This document shows, one piece after another, positions 51,476-64,000 of a stretch of 64,000 bases of DNA; the first letter of the stretch is position 1, and every line of letters starts with the position of its first letter. Location: contig CT868003.1 of NCBI GenBank assembly GCA_000165425.1, positions 1 through 64,000 on the forward strand, given 5' to 3'. The notes below the pieces were generated by a model. The model was not told where the DNA came from. It did not search any database and saw nothing but the letters and a program-made list of their open reading frames with translations. This DNA comes from Paramecium tetraurelia. Taxonomy: Eukaryota. A program made the position numbers and the translations under genes.

Positions 51476-54400
51476 ATGGAAAAGTACCTTATTCAAACCC
51501 AGAGCGTATTCCTTAAGAGCTTCTATTTGCATCTCAGGAATAATAGGTTAATTCCAAATATATTGGTGCCATTTTTATGCGGATTAATACTGTGGCTATC
51601 TTACTTTAATTCATTGGATTTTTTAAAATACTCATAAACATTGTAATTGATATTCATGTCATTTTAAGTTACATGCCTTTGGCTGTTTGCGGTGTTATTA
51701 GAAGTTTTATGATGATGATAGTGAATGAGAAGAAGGAAAGATAGAAAGAAAACTAATTGATAATGGGGTTGAAACTAAGTGCCTATTATACAGGATGGAT
51801 TCTATCAAGTGTAATATGGACGTGCATATGTGCATCAATCTATATTCTCATGATTGCAAGTTTCGTAGCATTGCATTGGCACTACTTTGCATTTTATTAA
51901 TATGCAATCTTTTATGTTCAATACATGTTTTATTCATATGCAGTTGTTGGATAGATGCTGATGATTAGCAGTCTATTTTCAGATGGAAGGAAGGCTACTG
52001 ATGTATATGCGGTAATTTACATGATCATAGTGTATCTCTATTATTTCACGGATTGGTCAAATAGAAGTGAATATTCAGAATTGCTTCTGTCTATTTTTCC
52101 ATAAAATCTGATAGTTTATTTTTGGTTTTAAAAAATCACATTTAGTGCCATTTCTATGAATTACATTTACACTCTAATAATATTTAGCATTCAAGGGACA
52201 ATGGGAATTCTCCTATATGTGTACTTAGATTAGGTGATTCCCGATGAGATTGGGACACACAAGTCTCCTTTCTTCATATGTTAATGTTTGTTGAGGAAAA
52301 AGAGAAACTAAGTAGACTAATTTGAAATAGATTTAGAACTATAATAATAAAATAATTTAGGATCTGAATTGTTAAATCCTCAAGATCAAATCTAACCAAT
52401 AGAAGCTAATGAAAATTAGGTATTAAAATTGACTTAATTAACCAAAGTGTACAATGGATAAGCAGTTGTGAATAATATTAGTTTGAATCTAAATAAAAAT
52501 ACTATCTTTAGTTTGTTGGGTCATAATGGAGCAGGCAAATCAACTACTGTTAACATGATTTGTGGTTTAATTCAAAAGACAAATGGGTAAATTAATATAA
52601 ATGGATATGATATTGACAAAAGTTTAGATGAAATCAGATAGATATTGGGTTATTGCTCTTAAAAGGATGTGCTATATGGGGAGATGAGTGTTTATGATCA
52701 TCTCTAATTTTATGGTCGCTTGAAATTAATTAATCAGCTATAATTGTCAGGGCAGATTGAGACTGTGTTAAATATGTGTTATCTTCAACAAGAGAAACAT
52801 CAACTTGCTATGTATCTAAGCGGTGGAGGCAAGAGAAAACTATGTTTGGCTATTGCTTTGATAGGCAATTCTTAGGTTCTTCTTCTAGATGAACCGACCA
52901 CAGGTTTGGATCCTATAAGTAGATAGCAAATATGGAATATTTTGAAGGAGATCAAATAAGATCGATGTGTTATTTTGACGACTCATTATTTGGATGAAGC
53001 ATAAGAACTTTCAGATTATGTTGGCATCATTTAATAAGGGAAAATGACTGCTTTTGGAACAGTAGATTACATAAAGCGACAATTTTCAGTTGGTTACAAT
53101 ATTCTAGTTGAATGTCAGAATGAATTGCATTAGAAACAAATCTTGGATTAAATTTAATCAACATTACTATTAATTTGCAAAAACGATATTCAATTCATTC
53201 CTCAGAATAGAAATCTCAAGTTGAATATTCCCTTAAGCAATAGCGCAAATGTAGCTTCTGCTTTGGAATATTTGGAAACTGTGTAGAATATCAATATATC
53301 ATTTGAAATGACAACTCTTGAAGATGCTTACATTAAAATCCATTCTTAATCAGATTGGGGCAATAATCAAATTGAAACCAATAATAATGCTCTTTTTAAT
53401 AATATGTTTTTTGATTTTACTCCACATTTTAGCTTTTTTAAATAAGTAAATGGACTATTTATGAGAAGAGTCTGGATTGCTGGATAGAATAAATGGTAGT
53501 ATGTGATGTTTTTAGTTTCTTGGATCTTATTGTTAGGATGTCTTTTTGGCTTCAAGAACATCAATCCAGAAATCATCATCTCCTTATACGTTTTGATCAA
53601 GTTGATATTTATCAGTCAGCAATCCTATTACCCTATCTACGAGAAATAACACAAAATCAAAGACTCTTACATAACCCATGGTGCTAAAATAATTTCATAT
53701 TGGACATCAGTAATGTTGTTTGATGTAGTTGTTATCGCTTTTGAATAGTTCATATTTATAGCATTGCTCCTAATAGCCAAATAGATAGATGGCGAAAGAC
53801 AATACAGACAATACAACTTAGGCGTATATTTCAGCATCCTATTAATAAATACTATATTCTCAATTGCACTCAATTGTCAGACATATGTTGCAACATACTT
53901 CTTTAAGAGTACATCTTCATCAAATGTTTAATTGCCATTCCTTATCCTGACCTTTTAATATTTAGGATTGGTTATATTCACAATACTATTTCAATGGAAT
54001 GACATAATCGGAGTCATTATTCCTTTAGTTTCACTTGGTAATGGGTATTATTGGATCTTTTCAGAGAATTACGATCGTACTTATCTGGCAACCCAGCTTC
54101 CTTCTCTCATTTCAATCGTAGTCTTCTTCTTCCTTATAAATTACCTAGAAAATCGTTTGATCAGCAGGAAATCAAATATTTCCAATTTCTAAGGAAATGT
54201 TGAAGTAACTTAGGTGAACTACAATATTGGAAATAGACCTATCTTGCAGAATGTAAGTTTTTCAATTGAATCCAGTGAGATTTTTGGACTCTTGGGACCG
54301 TATTTATATATTCATATCATAGTAATGGAGCAGGCAAGACAAGCACTTTCAAGATGATTACAAGGGAAGAAAAACCTAGTTCAGGGCTCGTTGAAATTAA

Positions 54401-55211
54401 AAATGAGTCCACTTAGGTTGGATTGGTTCCGTCCTTTTCGCCTCTCCATGAAGATCTATCCTTGGTCCAACATCTTAAAATATATGGTAAATTAAAAGGC
54501 TTAGATGATTGGAGGATAGATAATTTCATTGATAGCTACACTTAATATATGGATTTGAAAAAAATCAAAGATAAAAAAGTTAAGGTATTGAGTGGAGGTG
54601 AAAGAAGGAAGGTTCAAATGGGTATAGCATTGATTGGAAATTCTTCAATTTTGTTAATGGATGAACCTACTAGTGGAGTGGATCCAGTTTTTCGTTAGCA
54701 ATTTCAACAATTAATATTAAGGAATTGTCAATAAAATAAAAGTTCAATTTTGATTACAACTCATTCTATGGTAGAGGCTTAAAGAATTTGTGAAGTGCTA
54801 GGGATTATCATTAATGGTTAGTTGAAATTTAAAGGAACTCTAAATCAATTGCGATAATAATACGATAATAGAATATAATTGAGTTTCCATCTAAAAAATA
54901 AAGAGGATAAAGATTAATTACGGGAATTACTTGTATAAAATTTAACTAAGCATGTTTTTGAACCTTTGGGAATGAGTGGAGATAACTTGACTGTATTTGT
55001 GGATGATCAATCAATAAAATTTTCATAACTATTTAGATTTTGTTAATTAAGGGCAGTGGACAATCTAATAGAAGATTTTGAAATTTAGTAGGCAACTTTG
55101 GATTAAATATTTAAACACTATGTGCAACAACAATAAGTCAATGATTATCCTTAATAGACAGTGGAAGTTCAGCGTAGAAATTTGCTGGGGATATGCTGCT
55201 GTTAGATTTGA
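51476..55211 (+). CDS. ABCA-family full transporter lacking large extracellular domains
   Basis: NBD1 [36 protein letters not shown]2 [45 protein letters not shown]; ends GICCCQI-TGA. Confidence 0.93.
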
Positions 55212-55268
55212 TTATTTTAAAAAATATATAATATTTATTTTGTTATTTTAAGATCTAACCCATAAACT

Positions 55269-56943
55269 ATGTAATAAGAACATTTTTTGAAAATTGAAGA
55301 TTGGATCTTTGATTGCTCTGTTATTTTGGGAAGTGGAACTTATGGGAAAGTTATGCCTTGTAGTAAAGAAGGCTAACAACCAAATGAAAGGTATTGCGCA
55401 AAGATTATTCCTAAATAAAACATTTATCTGAGGGATAATGAATTAGAAAAATCAATGTAGAATGAGAGAAACACATTTACCCTTTTGGAAGATGTTAAAT
55501 GTGAAAACGTTGTTAAGCTTATTAAAAAAATTGAAAATCATGAATATATGTGTTTGATTATGGAACAGTGTGATTATGATCTAGCGAAAGAGTTTGAATC
55601 TCTCAAACCCAATTGGTATACTCCTGAGTAATAAGTAGATATGATTCAATAAATTATAAAAGGAGCATGTTTTTTAAAAGACAATAATATAATTCATAGA
55701 GACATCAAGCCTCAAAACATCCTTGTCAAAATCATGAGGGATCGAAATAACAAAGTAAGGAAAATTTATAAAGTAACAAATAAAATAAATAATCTAGTTG
55801 GCAGATTTCAGCCTTTCAAGGACTCTAGATAATATGTATAAAAAATCAAATCTTACCTTGGTTGGTACCTATAACTACTATGCTCCTGAAATCTATAATC
55901 AAGCATAATTTTCATCGAAGTGTGATATTTACTCTTATGGTTTACTTTTCCATCAGATTTTATTTAAAGGATAATTACCATTTAATGAAAAAGAGGGTTA
56001 GATGAAGCATTTTGAGAAAATCAAAAACTAAGATTTTAAATGTCAAAAACTTGATAGGAAACACGGAGACTTGATGACCTATCTTGTTGAAAGAATGATT
56101 GTTTATTCTGAAGAGAGAAGGATTAATTTTGAAGAATTAAAGTAACATAAAATAATGAGCTTGAATGTAGTGATACCATAAACGTCTATCCACATTGCAA
56201 ATTTTAATAGAAACACCAAAACTGAAATTCAAAATTAGGAAAGTTAAATTTTACAATAGCAGTAGGAACAAATCTACAAAATATTAAATATTTACTATCG
56301 TAAATCTCTATTATGTAAACATGTTGTTGACCATCTAAAATCAAAATTTTAATCTCCAGATCAATATTTGCGAACCATTGAGGTATTAATTGGTTATATT
56401 GGATTTTAATAAATAAAATATGCATTTTCTTTAATTTTATTTACTCATGCTGGCTTAGAAAAAGAGATTTAACACTAATTCACTACTTTAATATTTTTTT
56501 AATAAATGATAATGGAGTATTTAAAAGAGGCTTAGATAGCCGGAAAATATTTGCAAATGAATTAGACTATTAAACAAACTTATCATTAATTAGAACCTCA
56601 AATAAAAAAAGAAATCAATGAACTTTTAAAGTTGAATTTAAAATTGACAGATTCTCAAAGGTTAAAATAGGAGTTCTAAATTTTAGATTCAAAACTCAAA
56701 GTAATAAGGGAGTTAGATGAAAAAAACATCTGTTGCAGTATCTTGTTTGATGCACTAAATGATTTGATGAACATTTAAACAGATCCACGCAAAAACATAT
56801 TTGATTAATATGGTATATAATATGCACTATATTCTTTAGACTAAGAACTTATTAATCGAATAGGAAATCTCTAAAAAATGTTTCATATCGAGAACTTTAA
56901 AATTATTGATGAGGATTAAATCTTCAATCCAAATCTATTTTGA
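55269..56943 (+). CDS. Ser/Thr protein kinase (ULK-like ciliate family) with a DFS motif
   Basis: LGSGTYGKV, CAKII, IHRDIKPQNIL, LADFSLSR, VGTYNYYAPE, KCDIYSYG. Confidence 0.9.
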
Positions 56944-56966
56944 ATTCATTTAAAATAAGTTAACAA

Positions 56967-57970
56967 TCATAATACTTAAAACAATTCTGGCTAGAATAAG
57001 CCATTAGAGTTTATTATTAAATTCACATCATCTACAATATCTGATAATCTTCCTTAATCAATAAAATCAGCAACTAAAAAGTTCGGCATTTTCGAGCATT
57101 TGAAATAATATTACAAAAATCTCTATCTGCCATGATTGTATGAGTTGTACTTCTTCTTATATGAAGAATCTAACCTTCATATTTGAATATCATTTTACTT
57201 TAATGAGTTTTCTGGGCAATAATGAATCTCCAAAAAGGGAGACAATATTTCCCCAGTATCTTCCTTTGTTTTGCCTCTTGCTACTCCTCCATCTTTTACA
57301 TCCTTAAGAGGGTCTAATTCCCAATCCACTTATGCACTCAATGAATATGAATAATAGGTGTATTTCGATAGTTCTCCAAATATTTATTCTTTTGGTTCTA
57401 TACAAATTAATAAAGTCTATTGGTTCTCTCTACACCAACCTAAAGTGGGAATCTCCCCATCTTTTTCAATTCTAATCGCTCTTTGATCTGCTCTGATTTG
57501 CACAAATAAATTGTGCAACATAATACTCACTAAAAGGGGATCCCAAAACTTTGTTCCATTTCTTTTACTTTTGCACATTAATTTGCTTTCGATTTTTATT
57601 ATTATAATTTCATAAGGATTTTTAAAGGACAAATCTACAATCTCTTTTAAACGCACACTTGCTTTTTCTGGCTTTTTGAAACCTCTCTAAATTATAGTCA
57701 AATTACAATTAGAACGTCCATTAGGTTCATGAGCAACTGCTATCTAGGAACAATAAATTAATCTACTTCAGGACTCTAACCTTCCTAATACCAATGCAAA
57801 GGAACTTTAAAGTGTCGAGCTCCATATTTTTCAAATTAATCAGTAATAGTAACATTTTATTATGCATAAGCCCACCCGTACTCTTTCGACATTGCACAAT
57901 TATGAGCACCTACATAAGCAATTTCATTTAGTTTCAACTTCTCATTAAGATGCCCATTACTCCCTGGCAT
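56967..57970 (-). CDS. PI-PLC X-domain-like phosphodiesterase (PLC-like TIM barrel)
   Basis: YVGAHN..AQQNVTITDQFEKYGARHF..AVAHE..NPYEIIIIKIE..PTLG..PNFLVADFID. Confidence 0.82.
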
Positions 57971-59651
57971 TAACTTTTACATTTATTAATTTATTTCTAT
58001 AAGTTGCCTTTCTATGAATTATAATTTATTATTGACGTATAATCAAAATGAATTTTAATGAAATGATTATGTATTTTAAATTTGGAGTAATTGATAGAAT
58101 AGTTTATTCAATTTAATTCATAGGTAATTCATTAAAAAATTATGAATCTAATCATTATATATAGAACTAAACTAACAATTCAATTTTCTTAGTCTCATTT
58201 TTGCTTTAATTCCAAACTTTTTCAATACAATTTTTGAGAATACACTGGCAATAATAAATGATATCTGTAAATTCATAAAAAATTTTTATTCTTTGTCTTT
58301 GAGAAAACTTTAAGCTAAAATTCAGAAGGTAATGAACCCAATTTTTTCAAACTCTTCTTGAATAATTAGTTAAAATCAATTCTTATCTCGCCTCAAACAC
58401 CAAAGTTTACATTAGAATATTAGAATAGAGGAATTTGAGTAATAATTAAAAGAATTATACAACTCAAGTATACAGTAATAATTTTTGAATTTCAATTGAT
58501 GTATAAATATTAGATCCAGCAAGATGGTTAAGTCATATTTAGGTGACTCATAATTGATCAATATTAATTAAATAATCACCTTTTTATTACTTCGAGAATA
58601 TTTCACAATAATCCTCTGCATTTAAAATCACAGCCATTTTAAGTTAGTAATAATTAATTTCTGATTAAATTTCTGCCTCCAATTTTTCTTAACAATAATT
58701 TTGTTTTTGAAATTTCAAGTCCTCTTTTTTCTTCCCATTTATGTATTTAATGCTTTAAAGATTTTAATAATCTAAGCTAGTACAATATAATAGGTTTATT
58801 TTTTAAAAACAATAAGATAAATTAATAATGATACTTTATAATGGAGGGAGATCATCTTAAGCGGATTATAAAAGAATTAATATATGCGAAACTTGAGGAC
58901 TTGTAAAATATTGAATCCTTATTGGGCAAGTTATATTGATCCAGTAAATAAACATATGAGTAATATGGAAAACAGAATATAATCATTTCATCCAATACTT
59001 AAGTTTTTTTTATTAGCAATACAATTTGTAACCTTAAATCAAACAGGATTAGGACATAAAACTGGTAAATTCAAGTATTGGTGACTTAAAAGCTCCAAGA
59101 TTCTGAATATCATCACCAAGTTAAAATGTTTTTAATTGTTGCTTTTGGGAATTTTTTTGCATATAAACTAGTTATTGGGACAATATGTTCAGACATTTTT
59201 ATGGAATTTTTAATTGGTTTGATAAAATTGTTAAGATCATATTGTAATGATAGTTTTGTTATGTTCTAGATATATGAAAGACTCATAAAACTAAAACAAT
59301 AAAAAATTTTATGAATTTATAGATCATTTATTCAAGACAGCATATATTCATATTAATTCTATTGAGAAGACTAAGAAAATTGAATTGTTAGTTTAGTTCT
59401 ATATATAATGATTAGATTCATAATTTTCTAATGAATTACCTATGAATTAAATTGAATAAACTATTCTATCAATTACTCCAAATTTCAAATGCATAATCAT
59501 TTCATTAAAATTCATTTTGATTATACGTTAGTAATACCAAATACTTATCAAATTTTCATTCTATATTCATGATTCTATTGCTTATGCATATTTTGATTGT
59601 GTTTTAATTTGTATTTTAGAGGAAATAGTTTCATAATTTTTTTTTATTAAA

Positions 59652-60217
59652 ATGCCAAAAGAAACCAAAGGTCAACAAAAAGGTGCGAGATCTAAGTATG
59701 AAACAACCGAACAAACTGAAACCTATAGACAACAAGATGCTGTAAATATTGAAATCTATGAGATAGAAAGAAAAGAAAATTCTGGGACCTAAAACCAAAT
59801 TAGATTTAGAAAAATTAGAACCTTACTTCACTTAAAACAATAACTATGTTGGAATGTTCAAGAAGGATGCAGGAAAGACAGACAATAGTACAGCTGTAGC
59901 ATATTCTGTAACATTTCATCGTAACTGTTAGCATCCATTAGATAGATTGGGAATTGTAGAGAATGAGTACTGTTAAAAATGCAAGAAGGATAAGGGATTC
60001 TGTCCTCATAAGAAGGGTACTCACAACACTGTCAAGGATCAATTCCAATTTCCAATAATAAGGTAAGAATATTTTAAAATTTGCAAGCTCAGCCGAAATT
60101 GGATGGAGAGAACCCATCGACAATGTGAATTGGGGATATGGAGTTAAGCAGTCTTTCCCAAATTTCAATGCCGATTTCAGAAACACCACTAAAAAAGAGG
60201 AAAAGGAAAAGAAATGA
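59652..60217 (+). CDS. Small protein with FAM183/CFAP144-like P-x-x-S-x-E-I-G-W motif (possible ciliary microtubule inner protein)
   Basis: MPKETKGQQKG..CQKCKKDKGFCPH..KDQFQFPIISSAEIGWREP; three tiny introns. Confidence 0.65.
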
Positions 60218-60348
60218 TTAGTAACATCCATCCTTTTAATAAATATGAAATATTATAAATTTCTTGGGAGATATGTGTGGACTGTGTCTTTCATGTTCAA
60301 ATTATCAAAATAAAGGCTGTGTTTATATAATAAATTTATTTATCGTAA

Positions 60349-60879
60349 ATGCAGGAAATTGAAGCTAAGAAACAATTGAAAGCAAGTGAAGGAGCTCACT
60401 TCTTTTACACTTTGATCTTCCTTAGTGCTTCAGGCATAATAGAGACATAATTTATTGATCAGAAATGTAATTAGAATTTAGCTTTGTTTATTCATTTGGT
60501 TTTCTACGGATTAATTATTTGGGGAACCTACATTTTGATAACCTTGATACCCAGGTTTGTAATCTCATTTATATAGATACAAAAATCCTGCAATAAACTT
60601 GTTCTTCAATTTCTTGGACATCTGTTTTGCAATTTACATCACCTTTTTGTTAATTTATGGATACCGACTCTATTCCTCACAGAACGATTGTGCAGTTGAG
60701 GCTCCTGTGCTCTACCTCTTTTTGGAAGTATTCATGCTGGTATTAAATCATTAATGAATCAGGTCAATGGGATCATTTTCATCATTTTGGGTCTTGCCTT
60801 TATTTCTTACATCTTGAAGAGATTCTCCAAACATCAATAGACATATGCTCAAGGGGAGGAGGAATACTTAGATGCATGA
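60349..60879 (+). CDS. Small four-TM membrane protein with a Cys in each predicted outer loop
   Basis: MQEIEAKKQLK..KCNQNLALF..NDCAVEAPVLY..EEEYLDA-TGA; two introns. Confidence 0.8.
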
Positions 60880-60904
60880 TTTAATTACATTACGATAATA
60901 ATAA

Positions 60905-61655
60905 TCACCCTTTTTTTGAAACAAAACTATTATTTTTGATATAAAATCTCCAAGGTTTATCCTTGTATTCTTCCGCATAATCAATATTTATTCGACTAGA
61001 AATCCCTATTTCATATTTAGTTGAGTTATCAATTAGATACATTCCGCTGTTCTTATCACATAAATTTAACCCATTATGACTCTTGTCAAGTTGCAAGCAT
61101 TCTCCACATTTCCCAGGACCATTAGATAGTTCTTACAATTTAAAAGACTTTATCTTCCTGATATCTTTAACAATATCAAACTTTAAAGGTTGAATCGCTC
61201 TTATGAGAACAGCTTCAGGATCATTCTTTGTGGCTGCTGTGATATTGAAGCAATAATTATTTCCATAAATTGAATAGATATACAAGTGTCCACCATCTTG
61301 CCAAAAATATTGTGTCCTTTCTGTCTTTTTATTATTATATGCATGGCAGGCCTTATCCTCAGGCGCTAGTTTGATTACACTATTTACCTTTATAGGCTTC
61401 TGCTTCAACAATCAATGCTCTTACCTCTCCCTATGGAAGGGTTCTTACTATTATTTTGCCAATCAATTTCTAAGCTAACTAAATGACATCAACTTTATAA
61501 AATGCGGAATCTAATATTGTTTCTATTGGCTCATATTATTCAGCTGGATTGTTTTATTTTTATCCTTTTTAATTGAAGCTTTTCTTTGTGATTTCATTCT
61601 TTGTTTGTAAATCTACATTATTATTTTGAATTTATTTTTCTGTTTTCTCCAACAT
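60905..61655 (-). CDS. MPG: DNA-3-methyladenine glycosylase (MPG/AAG)
   Basis: LAQKLIGK, IVEAEAY, DKACHAY, YIYSIYG, AVLIRAIQP, NGPGK, RINI, PWRFY; one intron. Confidence 0.95.
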
Positions 61656-62510
61656 TAACAAAAATTATAAAAACAATTTTATATGCAATCGAAATTAAAT
61701 AATTTATTTTTATAATACAAAGTTAATAAAGTTTAAAATGCTTTTTGAATAGATTAATTTCATACTATCTATTGAATTACTGAGTATGATGATTTCTTTT
61801 AATTTATGAAAAACTTCTGAATTTTATTTATATTCCTATAATTATTAATAATATTTTTATTTATGATATATTGAAGTAAAGTATCACTAAAGATGTTAAT
61901 ACTTATTAATTTTTCTAATATTGATTAACTAATATGAAGTTTAAATCAAAAAATTATAGAGAAAATAATTATTCTTATTATTTTATTCAGTTAAATTAGA
62001 AAAAGATTTTAAATTTTTGTTTTTACTAAATCACTCAAAACACTAGTTCAAAACAATTGAAATGAGATTACAACATGTAGATTGTATTGCCACTTGGATT
62101 CTTATTAATTTCTGGATCAAACTAGAAGATAATCAAAATTAATTTGTATTCCATAGAGGAATGGTAAATTGGTTAATTTGATTGCAAATAATAGAAAATA
62201 TTTTTCAAAAGATATAAAATCCTAAGATAATTGAAATAGTATTTATAGACTTGATGAACACTAAAAATAACACTATTATATTTTGAATAAAAATTAGTAG
62301 CTTTACTTGAATGTAGATTATAAAAATGACGGTTATTCCTAAATACTAATCGAAGAAACTTATATGACTATGGGATTTAAGTGTTCGTAGTTTAACTTCT
62401 AATATAAAAATATATATTATCAGAAATTATGGTTATACCACAGAACTGATAATTTTAAAGCTAATTGTATTCATTTCATTTTTATAATAAAAGTTTATTT
62501 TTAGAAATGA

Positions 62511-63351
62511 ATGATCCTATTCATAATAAAGAGCTCAGACAGAAACTAATTCCATTGGGTTCTCTCGATCCCTTGAGAATTTAGATACAAATAGTTTGAA
62601 AGAAGATCTTAATAAAAGCATTGAATTGGGGCGCAAAAAGAGAAAACAGTTGACTCTTGATAATCCTGAATTTAACATCAAGCAAGAGATTGAGGATGAG
62701 AAATAGAACATTAAGGTGCAAACCCTCATAAGGAGGGGAATAGCAGATGGTCTAAAGATGTAAGAATTATGTACAATATTAATGTTTATTTGTAAGTAAA
62801 GTTGAAGGTTTCAGCGAAAGACAATAACAACCCTGTTCACAGTCTCTTTAGATGGTGCATGCTAATACTTTATAAGGAGAATCCAGAGATATATAATTGG
62901 TCAGAGTTTAAAGTAAGAACGAGTTTAGATTTTGTTAGAAAAAAGTTCTTGAAAAGGAAAACGGTCAAGACCTTCGCAATCGTTTGGGATATCAAAGTGT
63001 TATTCATATAACCTAATTGGAAGGAGAGAAAACAAAATATTTGTTAAATTTAAAAAAACCAATTTTAGAACAAAATAGTAAACCTGAAGAACTGTAGTGG
63101 GTACTATTGAAAATATTTGATATTGTTGAAATAATCTATAAAACACATGAGCATGCGAAAAGAATTAATTAACTTGTTGATGATTTGTTGATGGTAATTG
63201 AATTTCGTTATGCAATCTATAGCAAGAGAGCAAAATCAAGCAATACTAAGAGGATATTGACAAGGTGAATTAAGAAATTCAGGTAGCCAAGACTAGCCTG
63301 AAGAGTTTGGAAAGCAAGTCTTTGAATGATGATGAGATCGTTCAGGAATGA
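62511..63351 (+). CDS. Stand-alone dynein stalk/MTBD-like coiled-coil protein; 5' end has an apparent 1-nt frameshift
   Basis: Coiled coil, then GLKMQELLKLK..NPVHSLFRWCMLILYKENPEIYNWSEFKKKVL..LRNRL, then coiled coil; three tiny introns. Nearest ATGs (62507, 62511) are out of frame. Confidence 0.55.
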
Positions 63352-63678
63352 TATTATAATTATTATAATTGTTCTTAAAAAAAGAATTTTAATCAAAAGA
63401 TTGATACTCCAAAAGGAGAGTCAACTTAATACTGAATGTAGTTTACTATTTTCTCGATAATTAGAAAAATCAAAATAAAAGATAGTTTTATAATAAGTGA
63501 GGATGAATGCATAATTTTGAAATTGATTATTATAAAATTAAATATATATAGTAGAGATTTAATATATATTATAAAGGAACAACTTGATATTAGTAGTTAG
63601 TTTGTAAATGTATTTATATGATGAATAATAAATTATATATTGTATTGCTTAAAACGGATACTCATTAATTAATTTTAG

Positions 63679-64000
63679 ATGAAATAGCTAGTCGTATTAG
63701 CATTAATGCTAAGCTTGGCTTTGAGTACAAGCATAACATCACCTTAACTATTGGTGGAATTGTAGGCAAGAACTGAAAATGTGATAGACGATGGAGTTGA
63801 TCTATTGGAACAACTTCTTGCTACAACAGAATAGTAATATGAGCAAGTCATCCAAGAGAATGAAGCTGAATAGCAACAATTAAAAGATTAAGTGGCTTCA
63901 AAAGAGTAATAACTTTACGATCTTTAAAACACTTGTATGGTGATGTCTGACGACTTGGCCTTGCTCAAATAATAAATTGAATTACATGGAGATGACACAG
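63679..64000 (+). CDS. Secreted coiled-coil protein, trichocyst-matrix-like (3' truncated by the window)
   Basis: Signal peptide MKQLVVLALMLSLALS, then acidic heptads VIDDGVDLLEQLL..LQNTC. Confidence 0.7.

Noticed and set aside
61780..61825. ATGATGA...CTGA resembling a C/D-box snoRNA
   Set aside because: Only about 24 nt lie between the boxes, there is no terminal stem or recognisable guide, and such motifs are expected by chance in AT-rich DNA.
1..64000. In-frame TAA/TAG as mass pseudogenisation; prokaryotic operons, CRISPR, tRNA/rRNA, telomeric repeats or transposases
   Set aside because: TAA/TAG occupy conserved Gln positions, which is the ciliate code. I saw no arrays, RNA genes, C4A2/C3A3 tracts or transposase motifs by eye.

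Overview
This is ciliate macronuclear DNA, most consistent with Paramecium. It is very AT-rich, TAA/TAG read as Gln, TGA is the only stop, introns are 20-29 nt GT..AG, and intergenic spacers are often only 23-70 bp. The supplied ORF track ignores this code and the introns, so most of its ORFs are fragments or antisense noise; all genes below were translated by hand. About 36 protein genes can be read. They include two convergent paralogous TmcB/TmcC-like PAS membrane proteins, a papain homolog lacking all catalytic residues, GST-theta, DP, a 2H phosphoesterase, a kelch protein, an HSPA12-type Hsp70 head-to-head with a MIEAP/GrpE-head-like protein, POC5 and a POC5-box-less Sfr1-like gene. Also present are an SLC22-like MFS transporter, a large coiled-coil protein with repeated acidic-Trp motifs, TMEM258, an ARP4-like actin, a pore-degenerate CNBD channel, a NEK-like pseudokinase, an EF-hand/C2 membrane protein, a channel-fused adenylyl cyclase, B9D1, CK1, a minimal eIF4E, an ABCA without ectodomains, a PI-PLC-X-like enzyme, MPG and a stand-alone dynein stalk/MTBD-like protein. 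The best candidate for an undescribed system is the divergent HSPA12 + MIEAP/GrpE-head-like pair (17356-20105). Family assignments come from motif recognition, not database searches.
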